In this document: in pieces, positions 49,925 through 62,155 of the stretch
Numbering within the stretch: the first letter of the stretch is position 1
Layout of the letters: every line of letters begins with the position of its first letter
Source of the DNA: Ramazzottius varieornatus
Taxonomy: Eukaryota > Animalia > Tardigrada
NCBI GenBank assembly: GCA_001949185.1
Contig: BDGG01000001.1
Span: forward strand, 7,762,149-7,826,148
DNA: 64,000 bases
Direction of reading: 5' to 3'
The notes under the pieces: generated by a model
What the model saw: the letters and a program-made list of their open reading frames with translations, nothing else
Databases searched by the model: none
What the model was told of the DNA's origin: nothing
Program-made: the position numbers and the translations under genes

Positions 49925-52187
49925 TTATGACATGTCAATATCTTGTTGCTCTTCGTCAGTTTCCCAGTCCGACCCAGCGTCGTCGCCGTTTTCTGGTACA
50001 GCGGACTGCGAAACTTCTACCGCGTTTCCTTCCTTCTTTACCGCACTCGTCGTCATATCTTGTTCGTCTTCTGAATCACTTTCGTCCACAGGTAGGGTCG
50101 CTGCTATCGTTGATAAGTGTTCGTCACACTGAGCGATGATTTCGTAGCACACTCCATGCGGCGTGACAGAAAACTGCAAAATGCGTTCGCTAGTCTACAG
50201 CTACAAATGAAACTCGGCAGAGAATCTCGACAACAGTATTTGCTCAAGTGGGGCACGATTTTAGTGGTATTGACTTCCAGCGTGCGCCACTTAAGAACAA
50301 CGATTTTGTCGAGTTATTTGTTGTTTCGCCCAAGCGGCGTAGGCTTCCAGCCAAAAACACTGCAAACGTGCGCCACTTGGGGAAATAATCCAACCCGACA
50401 AGACAGTTTTTCCCAAGTGCCGGACGTGTACAGTGTTTTCGGTTAGGAGCATGCGCCATGTGGGAGATGTTCTTGTCAAGTTTGTCCCAGATTAGTCTCG
50501 GATGATGAATTCTTACTTTTTTGGCCCTTTTAAAATCCGAACGCGCTTGCGGATACCACTCTTGGCCGTGCAGGAAGTGAGCGAGTCCACTCAGATACCA
50601 TAACTAGACACGGCAAAATCAGGTGCATAAACATTTTCAGAAAACGAAAGACAACAGGAATTTCGACCCTTAACAGACAATACCAAGCTTACCTCAGGGT
50701 CGGTTGGATTTTGTCCAGTAAAATCAGCAAACATTCGCTTGGCGAGTTCGAACTCGTCGCATTCTATCAGGGCTTTCGCTGTGTCAATTTGGAAAGACAG
50801 CGGAGGAATATTACTCCCCTTTCCAGACAAAAGAGGAAACTAGTAAGCTTGGCTTCAATATTACAGAAGATTGAGCATCACGTACCTCTTCTCCGTCAAC
50901 TTGTTGACTTGTGGAGCTACTTCCTTCAACGTGATGTGGTTCTGTAGCGGCGAGTGGCCGGTCGTATCCGTCTTTGTACCAGAGTGAAAGACCTCCTCGC
51001 AAACACTGTCTGGCTGCCTATCAGGAAACAATATGGTTTGTGAAACAGCCTAAGGAACATCAATATAAAGCGAGGATTTACTCACGTTTTTGTCGCCTTT
51101 TATTAAGTGAAGGTTCGCCATCTGTTGGAAAGCCTCGGGGTTCTTGGGGTCGGACAGCATGGCTTTCTCGATGACGTATTTGCAGGCTTCTTCCGCTTCG
51201 GCTTCATCACTGCAAAATATCGCAGAAAAGTCAGCAGGCTACGTCCAAAGCAGAAAGAACAACGAAGAATTACAACAGCAACTTCGTCAAAAAAGAACCG
51301 AGCCTGAGTCGACAGACCCAAGCGCTGCTCAAACCCTAACAAGGCCGTGCCACACTGCTAAGCCAAGGCCGTGCTCATACTGTGCGTTTTAAGCAACACA
51401 ATGACGTGACGACACTCGACTGTTAACATGATCGCAAACGGCCATGTAACGCTACTGTTATGACGTCATAAGTTGCTTTGACAGACCATTGCAAATATTC
51501 AGATTTCAGTTTCGACTTACCATAAATCGGTCGTATAAAGCTCCGATATCGCCAGGTAAGCATTCGACAGATCTCTGGAGGAAGGAGGATCATTTTTGAC
51601 CGTTGTGGAGAACGTTGAAGAAGCCGACGTTTCCCCACCACCCAAATTCGTCAGCGTACTGTTGACTTGTTCAGTCGTCATCTCGGTATCCGCAGCCTTC
51701 TCTAACTTTTCCGCGTTCTGCTTCTCAGCGATCTCCCTCTCCATGACTTCGATTCCCTTCGTGTATTGCACTAGCGCATCCTTCCCTTCACACAGCTGCG
51801 CTAATCCCAGGTACTTCCTCCATCCTTTCAGAGGGCTAGCGGCGATGGCCTTGTGATAGTGCGCTCGAGCTTTCTGGATGTGGCCGGTCTCCGTGTAACA
51901 CTGCGCGGCGGCTTCGAGTATGGAAACATCAGTGGGGAAACGCTCGACCGCGCGGTTGGCAAATTTCTCGGCGAGGACAAACTCACATGATTCGACGTAG
52001 TTTTGAATCTACAACAGGAGAAAACAGTGAAGACAGGAAATTCCCACGTGGAGTTCTATTCTGACCAAGTGACGATTACCTTCTCCAAGAAGCCTTCGAC
52101 GGTGGCGATGTTCGCAAGGCTGGGTGATGAGGCTTTCATCTCGCGGAATCCGCCCGACTGGCCCTTCCTTCCTTTAGGTTTTCCCAT
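49925..52187 (-). CDS. TPR protein, assembly chaperone of Rpl4 (Acl4-like), spliced
   Basis: MGKPKGRK; KYLGLAQLCEGKDALVQYTKGIEVM; SNAYLAISELYTTDL/CDEAEAEEAC; DPKNPEAFQQMANL; LSLW; PPLSFQIDTAKALIEC; EVWYLSG; acidic tail. Confidence 0.85.
50209..50490. repeat. Family P element, 3 units
   Basis: Last intron of the ACL4-like gene. Confidence 0.85.
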
Positions 52188-52531
52188 CGCTACTGGAAGA
52201 TAAACGTGGAACTGTAGAGGATGTTTGTTTAACGCCGAGAACCATGAAAAATCAGAATAGGTTCTGCTGGGAGAAAGAGATTGCGAAAGTGCTTTCGAAC
52301 AGCTGTTTCCGGTGACATCATCCACCGGTTCCACGGTTGAAGGGCACAACGAAAACATAAACCAGGAAATTCCTCACACGAGGACATGCGATGGCGTTCC
52401 TGTTTCTACTTCAAGTGTACCACACTGGTCGTGCTTCAGGAAATCTTCACTTTTCAGGGAGCGAAGTAAAGCGAACTCATTAATCATTATTAATTTTGGG
52501 AATTGACATTTCAGACGATTCTGCTTGCAAG

Positions 52532-54142
52532 ATGGACGACTCCCTGAAAGGACATCCTCCGAAAGACCCAAAGGTGGATAATCGGGATACTTTACCGTAC
52601 GAGGTTAGCGTGAACGAAGAAGTCAGGAGGAAGATCGAGAGCTTGCAAGGTAAGCAGCTTCATCACTCTGATACCACCGGAAGCGCAGTTGAATGGTTGC
52701 TAGTAACCCGTTCTCCATCTCGGATGGTCGGTTCGCCTTGTGCACTTCCATGTCCGTGTCGTCAGCTAGTAAACCCAACTTTGTAAGTCAATGTCAACAT
52801 CCAGGCGATTTTTCTCGGAATTGTTGAGTGGTCGTCTTGCGTCTTTTGTTGTATCAGGTGGGGTTGCAGAAGATCTTTTTGCGGAATCATAGGAATTTGC
52901 TAAATTGTTCTGTTTCTTTCAGATGTCAAGATCAAAAGGTGCGAGAAGTCCATCTACATCCAGCCGATGACCATGACATACAAGCAAGTTCGTACTTTAC
53001 TTACACCAAGCCGTTATCCATCAACTTCTGGTGGTGCAACTTCCAGCGTGAAGGCTTTCTAACTTGTGGTAGAATGGCCGCGAGAAATTCTGGGACTTTA
53101 TCAAGACGCACGATAGTGTCAGCATCATCGTGTATAACAGAACGAAAGACTCGCTCGTCTTCGTCAAGCAATTCCGTCCAGGTATTCACGATATTGTCTG
53201 GGAGTTCGGGAAAATTAACATACTCGATCGGATCGTTTTCCCAAGTGGCGCACCTTTTCGCTGTTATTGGCCGGACGCCTGCGCTAACTGAGAAAACGAT
53301 CTGGTCGATTGTTTTCTCAAATGGCGCACGGATTTGGTGATATTGATGGTAGAGTGCGCCACTTGGAAAAACGACCCGATCGAGCCCGTACACCGAGCTG
53401 GGAGCTCGCATTTCTTTTTGTTCGCCCAACCTGCTGCATGTCACTTTTTTCGTCTTGTCAACAGGTGTCTGGATCCATACTACGGACTGGTCTGTAGATA
53501 AGTCCACGGTTGACGTTCAGAACTTTCCAGCTCGCCTCGGGATTACGTACGAACTCTGCGCTGGGATCGTCGATAAGGACTTACCGCTCGACGTCATCGC
53601 TCAGCAAGAAGTCCTGGAGGAAACAGGCTACCAAGTCTCGTCGAACGATCTAGAACTCGTGACCAGCATGAGGTGCTTTCGGACTTTGGCACTGCTCCAT
53701 TTCCTTTTGTGGTGAACCAGATCGATAAGCTCATTCTCCCAAGTGGCGCCCGCTTCCAAGCGATAACGCTGTGGAAGTACGTGACTTGGGAGGATAATTG
53801 TCGATTTTTATGCCGAGCTCTCAAGTGAACGTTCATTTGATATTGTACTTCATTGTCAGATGTTCACAGACCGAAGTGACGGTAGTTCATTGCAGGAGTA
53901 ATGTGGGGGTCGCGGGTTCACTGCAGACTATGTATTACCTGGAAGTGACGGACGACCAACGCGTATCAAAGGGAGGCGGAAGTGACAAGGAAGGAGAGCT
54001 GATAGAGGTCGTGGAGATACCGGTGGAGAATGTGAAAGAAATGATGTTCGACCAGAAGCTGGCTCGTCCTGCTGGTCTAATGTTTGCTTTGATGTGGTTT
54101 TTCCAGAATAAATATCAACAGAATCGATCACCTATAACGTAA
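52532..54142 (+). CDS. NUDT14: UDP-glucose pyrophosphatase, Nudix hydrolase (start approximate)
   Basis: WDFIKTHDSVSIIVYNRTKDSLVFVKQFRP; GITYELCAGIVDKDL...IAQQEVLEETGY (Nudix box); VGVAGSLQTMYYLEVTD...GGG...EGELIEVVE. Confidence 0.92.
53220..53400. repeat. Family P element, 2 units
   Basis: NUDT14 intron; GATCGTTTTCCCAAGTGGCGCAC. Confidence 0.85.
53715..53822. repeat. Family P element, 1 unit
   Basis: NUDT14 last intron; ends TGCCGAGCTCTC. Confidence 0.8.
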
Positions 54143-54419
54143 CGTGTGTTGTCCGACAGCTAACTTTCCTCTTGCTTTTATTCGTGGGAATTTCTAGAGT
54201 GGTTGTTTTACTGAAACCAGAGAGAATTTAGGCCAGCAAAACATTATTCTTGGTGAAAAGATATTCGTGAGACAGGTGCGGTTGCCGCTTCTCCATAAAC
54301 TTCAGCCGTCACATTTGAAACTCAAAGCTGTTGGAAGAAAAACTAACGCTGAATCGCTGATAGAATGTAGGACAGTGGCATAAGACAAAAGGGGGTTACA
54401 GAACTGAAGACCGCTAATT

Positions 54420-56104
54420 CTTGTGGTAGTTCAGAGGAAGAAGGAAGTGCTCCGGTCCGTCTTCCTTCAACCCAGCTAGTAGCGCGGGAACTTCTTCAGC
54501 TCGTTCGTGACTTGCTCCTCACGTCGCTGCGCTCTATCGCTCTCCGCATCCGGATCGTCTGGCAGTGGACCAAAGCGGGTCAGATGGATGTGTCCCATGT
54601 GGAAAGGAGTGACGGCTGGGGCTCAGCAAACCTAGTTCCTCCGTCAGCGAGGAAGAAGCAGTCGCGCAAAGTCATTTACGTACGTCAAAGAAGACTCTAG
54701 TCGATTTCTACTGACCCACAGTTCGGCGAGTCTTGTCCTTGTCTTCCTCCAAGTAGCGTCGTAATGCGTGAAACAGCTTAATGAGCGTATGTCGTCCTTG
54801 CTTGGCCATGGCGGTCTTCCGCTTCTTATTCCCATCATCCTTAGGATTCTTCGAAACTACCTCCAACCATTCCAGCTGTTCAGAAGGAAACGGCCACAAG
54901 CGCCCACCTTTATTCATTGCGCGATACAGCTGGACGAAACGCTTGTTTCGGTTGGAGATCTGGTGGAGCTCGATGGACAAACCGAAGACTCGGATCTTGT
55001 GAACCCAGAAATCGCCTCTGCCCGCCACGAAGGAGTAGTCAAAGTCTAGCTTCTCGAGCTCGTCCTGGTTGTACTTCTGAGCTCCTTCTCGCCCATCTTC
55101 CTCTTCCCCTCGTTCGATCACGGACATCCAGCTGAATGATCTGGTGTACAGCAACCCGAAAGTGGGAAAGGTACGAGGAAACTGAATACAGCAGTCGTGT
55201 AGAGCACCGTCAGTTCTTTTGGCCACATCCTTCCCCCGCCGAAAAGGAACAACTCGTCCAACAGCGCTTCTTGGTGGATCTTGAACCCGACCAGCATCGT
55301 GGCCTTGATGTGCGAGTGTCTCAGGAAATAATCTTCCAGAAAAGTGCCTTGCGGATACTTTGGCCATATCTTTTTCCCCTCGGTTGTTTCCACCTTCAGC
55401 AACAGAGACCGTACCCTACTGCACGAGTTCTTGTTTTTTCTTCTTCCACGTGTTGCAAGGTCGTCGCCACTACTTGTCCAAGCACGTCTAGCTCGTCTTT
55501 GTTACTCCATTTGAGTTCAACATAGAGATTGCCCCTCCCATCTCGAACGTCTCCGCTCCCGAAGGTTTTCAGTACATCCGGCCACTTCTTGGACACCCTG
55601 AAAAACAACATACATATGTGCGATTTTCACGCCAGTCACCCTTCCAGCTGTGCAACGGCAACAGCACTATCTCACCGGCGGTAACGAGCCCGGCGGTTGA
55701 CGTCCAGATGGGAAACAGTCTCCATCAAAAGTTTTGAGTGAATATCGGAAATTGACACCTGCTTTGCTCCCACAAAGAGCGACCAAGAGCGACGTACAGT
55801 ATTGGCAGAGTTCAGAAACGAGGCAAAGGACCGTAGAATTTTACCTGCCTCTGTTCTCCTGCAGTGCCATTTTCATATCCTGTTTCGAGGAAAATTGCAC
55901 GGTGCACGCAACATGAGCGCCTGTCCCGGTCCCATGCTCGAAGCGTTTGGACGCGATGGACAAGAAGAAGCTTCGGATTTGCTCGAGAGTAACCTTTGGA
56001 ATGTGGTTCATCAGAAGGGAATATTCACCGCGGTGGCGCTTTCTGGCCGGCATCACCGCGCTCACAATATTCCCGGATCGCTTCGTGGTATTGCCGGAAG
56101 GCAT
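54420..56104 (-). pseudogene. Unidentified spliced coding sequence with an RRM-like N-terminus and apparent frameshifts
   Basis: YSLLMNHIPKVTLEQIRSFF...ACTVQFSSKQDMKMALQ is RRM-like. Donor and acceptor sites near 55847, 55757, 55675 and 55598. Coding-like frames switch near 55410 and 55150. Confidence 0.4.
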
Positions 56105-56599
56105 TTTTCTACGTGAAATCAAGATCCCGAAAGCTGAAATAACACTAGAAAACCGACTCACCTCTGGAATCCGGAAAGAAGGCCCCAAGCGATATACCGA
56201 GATAAAATGTCAAGCAGTCTGGGTATATCGTACACGTACGTCACGTCAACCCATATCTGGCAATGTAAACTGCGCGCTTTTACGACATTACTGTACGTGA
56301 AATCCACAATGCGATGCATCTCTCAGTGGAACAATGTCTCCATACGATTGCCCTACGAAAAGGAACGACTGAGAACATCAGAAGAGTAGGGCCTTTAGCG
56401 AAGAGTACAGTACTGTATCCCCCCGAAAGTTCTGCGAATCACGTGACTGTCGTGGTAAATATCATCCAGCGGGGAACAGAAAGTATCTATACCTTCAACC
56501 AAATTAAAGACTGCTCCCCAGTCAAGTGTAATGATGGGCGCAATACAATCAGCGATACCAATGCGGGTGTAATTTACTGGCATGATGACGCAACTCGCA

Positions 56600-56770
56600 G
56601 AACCATCGAGAGAATACAGTACAATACGTCGGTTGTTTTTGCAAAATTTACGACTCCACTCTAGGTGGACCAGTGAAAAAGCCATGCAGTAGGGTACTCC
56701 AACCGAATCAATCATACCTCTAGATGTAGGCATACGTGAGCGCCGTAGCTATGAAAACATGGGGGTGAGT
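56600..56770 (-). pseudogene. Relic paralogue of the C-terminal part of the adjacent lipocalin-like gene
   Basis: HPHVFIAT...(frameshift)...MIDSVGVPYCM...W...FC resembles DPFVYVNTR...VIDQTLKPYCM...PPC. Confidence 0.45.
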
Positions 56771-56855
56771 ATACAACATCGAAAAAAACGTTCAATTTGG
56801 GGACAACCAGAATAATGCAATCTCGATGTGCTTTTCGATTCAGAGCGAAACAGTA

Positions 56856-57819
56856 TTACTGTTCTGGATGCGCCAAAGACGCATCCCATCCTGCCAGCGA
56901 GCTGACATAGTCCGCCGTGGGCGCGGCATTGCAGGGCGGAATATCGTTACGGAAGATGGTCACTTGTAAGTCGGCTTTGGTCATGCAGTAGGGCTTCAGG
57001 GTCTGGTCGATGACATTCTCCATGGCGGTCTTGTCAGCTGCCGACATTTTGTCAGGACGTACGCGTGTGTTGACGTAGACGAAGGGATCGTCACAGATGC
57101 CTGACTTGACGTTCAGCTTGTTGCAGATGTACACGATGTCGTAGCCTTTGGCGCTGTCGTCGTTGTACAAGGAGTACTGAACGAGGCTCACTATAGAGGA
57201 CAAGATGCCCAAGCTTCAGCCGGCTGATATTTCATTGCTCACAAGGTACTTCTTACATGGGTTCGTGGCACCAAACATGACGTCGAACAACTGCAGAGGG
57301 CACACTCCATCAAGTCGGCACAGGAGTTGGAGGTTCTGTCGGTCACAAACAGGATGACCACTGGCATCCATTGTGACGTGTTGGTAGTTTTGACCAACGT
57401 GGACAGACACAGTTGTAGTTGCGGGTAACCAGATCAGAGGGTTCTTGCCCACCAGGGAGTTAGTGAACATGGCGTCGTACACTTGCTGGTTCACCGACTT
57501 ACTTCGAGCCACGTAGAAAACGCCCACTTTCTGCAAGCAGGCTTAGATCATCGTATCAGGTTACTGTAGATAGGGCTTGAATCGATGACGGATGACATAC
57601 CTTTCGGAAGTCCGAAGGTACGGGGTTCTTGATAATGTTCGAGAAACATCCTTTGTTCGAGGTGGGGAACCCAGCTGATCCGGAAGTGGATGAGTTCGTA
57701 CCGCTGGACTGCGACTGACCTGATCCGTAGTGTTTTCCAGAGAGGTTCTTGTTTCCGGGAACGTTCGTGGTGAAGCAGCAGACCAGCAGCGATAAGAAAA
57801 AAAATGCTAGCACAGTCAT
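56856..57819 (-). CDS. Secreted Cys-rich lipocalin-like protein (three exons)
   Basis: Signal MTVLAFFFLSLLVCC; SDFRK/KVGVFYVAR resembles lipocalin SCR1; GYDIVYIC...C..PFVYVNTR resembles SCR2/3. The fold assignment is inference. Confidence 0.65.
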
Positions 57820-57989
57820 GTTCTCGTGGGATATCAGACCATGACTCGCGAAGTACCACACAAAGACTACTCAGGCTCTAAGGTCCGTATTTGATACGAG
57901 CTCAACATTTTGACTCGTGCATGGTGTTTGAATCAGCAGAAATCGGTTAATCAATCTTGGAGCGCAAGTCGGAGAAGTCGCTTATTTTG

Positions 57990-58025
57990 CCGACGGGCTG
58001 TATACAAATGTATACAGCCCGTCGG
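57990..58025. repeat. Perfect hairpin, 17-bp arms, 2-nt loop
   Basis: CCGACGGGCTGTATACA-AA-TGTATACAGCCCGTCGG. Confidence 0.9.
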
Positions 58026-58145
58026 TCCAGTCACACAGTATATTACATCGTGCAAGCGCTAGATTGAATTTGGTGAGGCTGGATTAATTTTTCGGTCAGT
58101 GCTATAGCTGCTGGGTGCAGCTGCACGCTGAACGACATTCTTGTA

Positions 58146-58339
58146 CTCGCATAGAGAGATTATGGGCCAGCCCAGACTACGGCCCAGGCGGGAAAAACGA
58201 CAAAATGAAAATTTAACCGTAGAAAGTGTCGAAAAGTGTATTACTGTGAAGCAGTCGCATACGCACGTTCTTCCGTACCGCCGCAACGAAAAGGCCTGGT
58301 TCACAATTTTCACTGGCCGGTAATTTGTCGTTGTGTAAG
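58146..58339. mobile_element. TA-flanked MITE, family T copy 2 (diverged)
   Basis: Internal ccgtagaaagtgtcgaaaagtgtattactgtgaa...ccgtaccgccgcaacgaaaaggcctg matches copy 1. TIRs are eroded. Confidence 0.75.
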
Positions 58340-58994
58340 TACCGCCTTATCGAAAAGACCTGACTCATAATCTTAACAGCTTATAATTTCTCTGTAATTT
58401 CCCCATCGGCAGGCCTTTACGCGGAGATGAACAGCCGAGCAAAGCGGAACGTATTAGAATCAAGACGTACGTATATATAAAAATTAAGACTTGTGATAAC
58501 CAATGAGCCCCTGCATATTGCACTGCCTGAGTGCCTGTGCGGGCAACGGTACAAATTAAAATGCTATCTGTCCGAACTGCTATAGTTCATTTTGCCGTGA
58601 GCATGATAACAAGATTATCATGTCGTTCTGCAGTATGATGAAGACAGAAAAGCTACTCAACAACCCCTGAAAAATTCTCCAACCACACTGCTGAGCATAA
58701 GAGCACAAGACACAATCTGTCACGTACGTTTTCTAAGAACCGAGCTGGAGTACTGTTGCTGTTTGGCAACTTGAGAAAAGATTTTGTTTTTTGGAATGTT
58801 TTTCCACAGATGGGGTGGTTGAACACAAAATACGTTACGGCAGTTGGACCGACTTCGAAAGCGGCTCTTAGAACCCAAAGCACCCGGACACAGTTGAAAG
58901 AAGACAAACAAACCCCAAAGCCGTTGCGTGTACGGATACTAAGACCTGGTAAAGACAAAGGTAAAGACAACGGCTAAACCATGTAGAACGTCAG

Positions 58995-60150
58995 TTAATT
59001 CTTAATCTCATTTGACTTTCCCGGCTGACGTCTAAGGTGTTCTAGTTGTATTTGATGCAGTAGGTTGTTGGACTCTGCTTCTGCCCGTCTAGCTTCGGCC
59101 TCTGAACGTTGCACGCTAAGGGCTTCCATGCGTTCTATGTGCTGGTACATAAACTCAGCTGCCTTTTCCAAAGACAGAAATTCTCTTCCAGAAATTCTGA
59201 TCTTATCAGCCTTCGATTCCAACATCTCCGCTTTGTATCCCTCCAAGAGTTTTTCAAATTTAGCCAAGTTGGCTGCAGACTTCGAGCTTAATGTAGGTTT
59301 CTTTCTGCTGGCTGGCATGTTGTCGGACTCAGAATTGTCGTGACGGGTCTCAGGCGAAACCAATCTCGCAGCTTCCTTCTTTAACGTGGATCCATGTAGA
59401 GCAGTCTCGTGTTCGATAGCCAGCTTCGGTGAGGCTGTAGGGCGCCCATCGACCGTTAAGGACTGTTCGGCCTCGTTATCTGGATGGAAATTCACCTGCT
59501 CAGCGCCGCTGGATGCATCGAGTTCTCGACTGTCTGGTGGATAAGGTGTTAACATCTTCAGACTGTCGCGGAAAACAGAATAAAGCCGGTCAAAGAAGGG
59601 AAATTGTTGTTCGATCCTTTCTACGAAAATGAACCATGAATGACTGAAAGCCAAGGCAGCTACTGTATAAACTATAAGTTTCGACGGAGCGTACCTTTGA
59701 GTGAAGCGATCTTCCTGATGTCCTCTAGCGTCAATCCTTCTCCGGTAGTACCGAACAGAATCGATGCATCCTTGTACAGATCTTCTAGCTTTTCAAGCTG
59801 GTGCTTGACGGAGTCAGGATTCATGTCCGTGACGCCGAACTCTTTGATGTAGTCCAGACCCAGCTGCAGCACGGCGGTTACAATGCCCCTGGATGCCTTC
59901 CTTTCGTCCTGCTTCGTCTCGTCACCGCGGCGCCATTTCTTCCAGTTATTACGGATATCCAGCCACAGTAAAAGATACTCTTGTGCTCGTGTACTTTCGC
60001 GTCGAGCCCGAGGACGAGATAGCGACACAGACTTGGCCAGTCCAGTTTCCTCTTTCTGTTCTGTCTTGTCATATGTTCCTGGATCTCTTTTGCCAACAAG
60101 ACTTTTGTGTGCAAGTGAAGCTTGATGGTGAAAGATTGGTAAAGAACCTA
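58995..60150 (-). CDS. Myb/SANT-like domain protein of the type associated with PIF/Harbinger elements (spliced; start not resolved)
   Basis: YLLLWLDIRNNWKKW...SVKHQLEKLEDLYKDA...TTGEGL...LK/ERIEQQFPFFDRLYSVF...P, followed by a disordered region and coiled coil. Intron at about 59624-59693. Confidence 0.65.
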
Positions 60151-60426
60151 GAAATCATATTTATTAGAAGTATCTAATCTTTGTTGGTAGTAAGAAAGAA
60201 ACTATGCTGCCATGCTTCGAAAGTCTCACGCTTGTGCGACATCGCGAAACATCCGTCAAAGTAAGGATACGCATTCCGCCAGACCATAGTCCTGGAACGA
60301 GTTCGGAGCGGAATTCCGAATTCCGCTCCATTACTATTTTCCGTTTTGCCAAATGGCCAGATCACAGTTCGGATTTCCGAAACTGCAGTATAGAAGGCGA
60401 GAAACCAGTCAGAAGCTTGGCTTGGC

Positions 60427-60525
60427 CCCGGCTGACAAGCTCAGCACGATGGTTTTCCAAGTGGCGCACGCCCTCTGCCAGTCACATTGAGAATCTGCAA
60501 AAGACTGTTTTCCCAAGTGGTGTAC
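60427..60525. repeat. Family P element, partial
   Basis: Two left arms TTTTCC(C)AAGTGG(C/T)G between the 60.5-kb ORF and the Myb-like gene. Confidence 0.65.
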
Positions 60526-60533
60526 ACTCTCTG

Positions 60534-61217
60534 TCAATAATGACGAAAGCATGCACTGCTTGAAATGACAATCTGAATGGAAACGTTTTCCGACGTCCCA
60601 CATTGTTTTCTGATCTCTGACTTACGCACATCAAGGTGTTCCACCTTCCCCGTATATCTTATTCGCTTATTATGCCGTTTAAGCCATCTGACAATCTTTC
60701 TAACCACGATTTTCTCCTCAGTCTTCGCCAAAGCCATCACGCGGAACGTGACATCATCACGCACCTCGTCCGGAAGAAATCCTAGCAGAAACGTTGTACG
60801 GATACTCTCCAGCGTCTTGACTTGTACAGCGTGGATGAAGCTCGGCGTACATCTGGGTCGTCGCGGTACGTTAATGAGCACGAGGAATGAACTTTTGGCG
60901 GTGACGGTTTGTAGGCAGTATTCTCGTAAAACAGCTTGAACGCGAGGCGCCAGATCATGAAGGTTGCGGATAATCAGTAAAGTCGATGTTGCAGTTTCCA
61001 TTGGCGGTTTTGTCCGAGGAAGCGTAGGTGGACAACAGAGGTTGGTTAGCCGAATGTGATTGAAGTTCCAGGTAGGCTCATATGCTTTCAATAGAGCAAT
61101 TAGCATGCACTCGGAGAACGGATGAACACCCTGGCCGGATACGTACAGAACGTGAAGATTAGAATGATGAAAGCTTGACCTGGCAGGGACGAAGGTCGCT
61201 TGGGCAGGCGTGTACAC
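60534..61217 (-). CDS. Hypothetical protein with a degenerate AAA+ Walker-B/sensor-like segment
   Basis: 227-codon ORF. LLIIRNLHDLAPRVQAVL resembles hhhhDE.d.L....Q.aL. No Walker A seen and the start is uncertain. Confidence 0.35.
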   Translation of the reverse strand: MYTPAQATFVPARSSFHHSNLHVLYVSGQGVHPFSECMLIALLKAYEPTWNFNHIRLTNLCCPPTLPRTKPPMETATSTLLIIRNLHDLAPRVQAVLREYCLQTVTAKSSFLVLINVPRRPRCTPSFIHAVQVKTLESIRTTFLLGFLPDEVRDDVTFRVMALAKTEEKIVVRKIVRWLKRHNKRIRYTGKVEHLDVRKSEIRKQCGTSENVSIQIVISSSACFRHY

Positions 61218-61698
61218 AGCGGGATTCCCGATTAAATTGACCTACGGGAATCTATATGGTCAAGCCTGACGGAACATGTATGCTTGTTTATCGTTACGAC
61301 TTACGATAGGTCGGTGGGATACCAAAGAAATCAGGTGATGACCATCAGAAGAGTATGACGGGCGCACACGGCTACCGCGCCATCTTGAAAACGACATTAG
61401 ATCTAATCATCTAACGATGAGCAGAATAAGCCTATGGATGTTGGTGTTGACTGCGTACACTGTTGAAGAGGCATACCTGAACAGACTTTGTCTGCTGTTT
61501 CATAACAATATTTACGTTACTCACACCGTAGATGGCTTACTTGCTACGGCACTTGTACTGAAATCTCAATCAAACGTCGTAGCCATAGATACAGTTACGA
61601 CAATATGGTCACCCAAAAGTGGGTTAGGTAAGGATCACGCGAGTAATTTTCCGGTACAGTATGACGTAAAGTAGTTCGTCGTTGTTTGCTGTTTATTA

Positions 61699-62155
61699 AC
61701 CTCTGTTTCATCTACCGATGGGTGGGAATTTTAGCCTCCTGACCAACCCATCCAACATTCTTTATGGATTCTTTTACGGCCATAGTTCTTAGTTCGCGAG
61801 GCGGGTCAACTTGGCCGTTTTAGAAGGTTGAGATCAGCTCTTGATCATCCCGCTACGGGAAAGATCAACTGATAGGATCTCTGGTCCTCAGTGCGTACGA
61901 TCATCCACACAGTCGTACGCNNNNNNNNNNNNNNNNNNNNNNNNNNNNNNNNNNNNNNNNNNNNNNNNNNCAGAGATCCTATCAGTTGATCTTCCCCGTA
62001 GCGGGATGATCAACAGCTGATCTTAACTCTCTAAAACGGTCAAGTTGACCCACCTTGCGAACTAAGAACTATGGCCGTGAAAGAATCCATAAAAAATGTT
62101 GGATGGGATGGCCAGGAGGCTAAAAGTACCACCCATCGGTAGATGAAACAGAGCT
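61699..62155. mobile_element. Foldback/MITE with long TIRs (at least 185 bp) spanning the assembly gap
   Basis: 61699-61883 is the reverse complement of 61971-62155 with scattered substitutions. TA flanks both ends (61697-61698 and 62156-62157). Confidence 0.85.
61921..61970. other. Assembly gap (50 N)
   Basis: Run of N. Confidence 1.
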
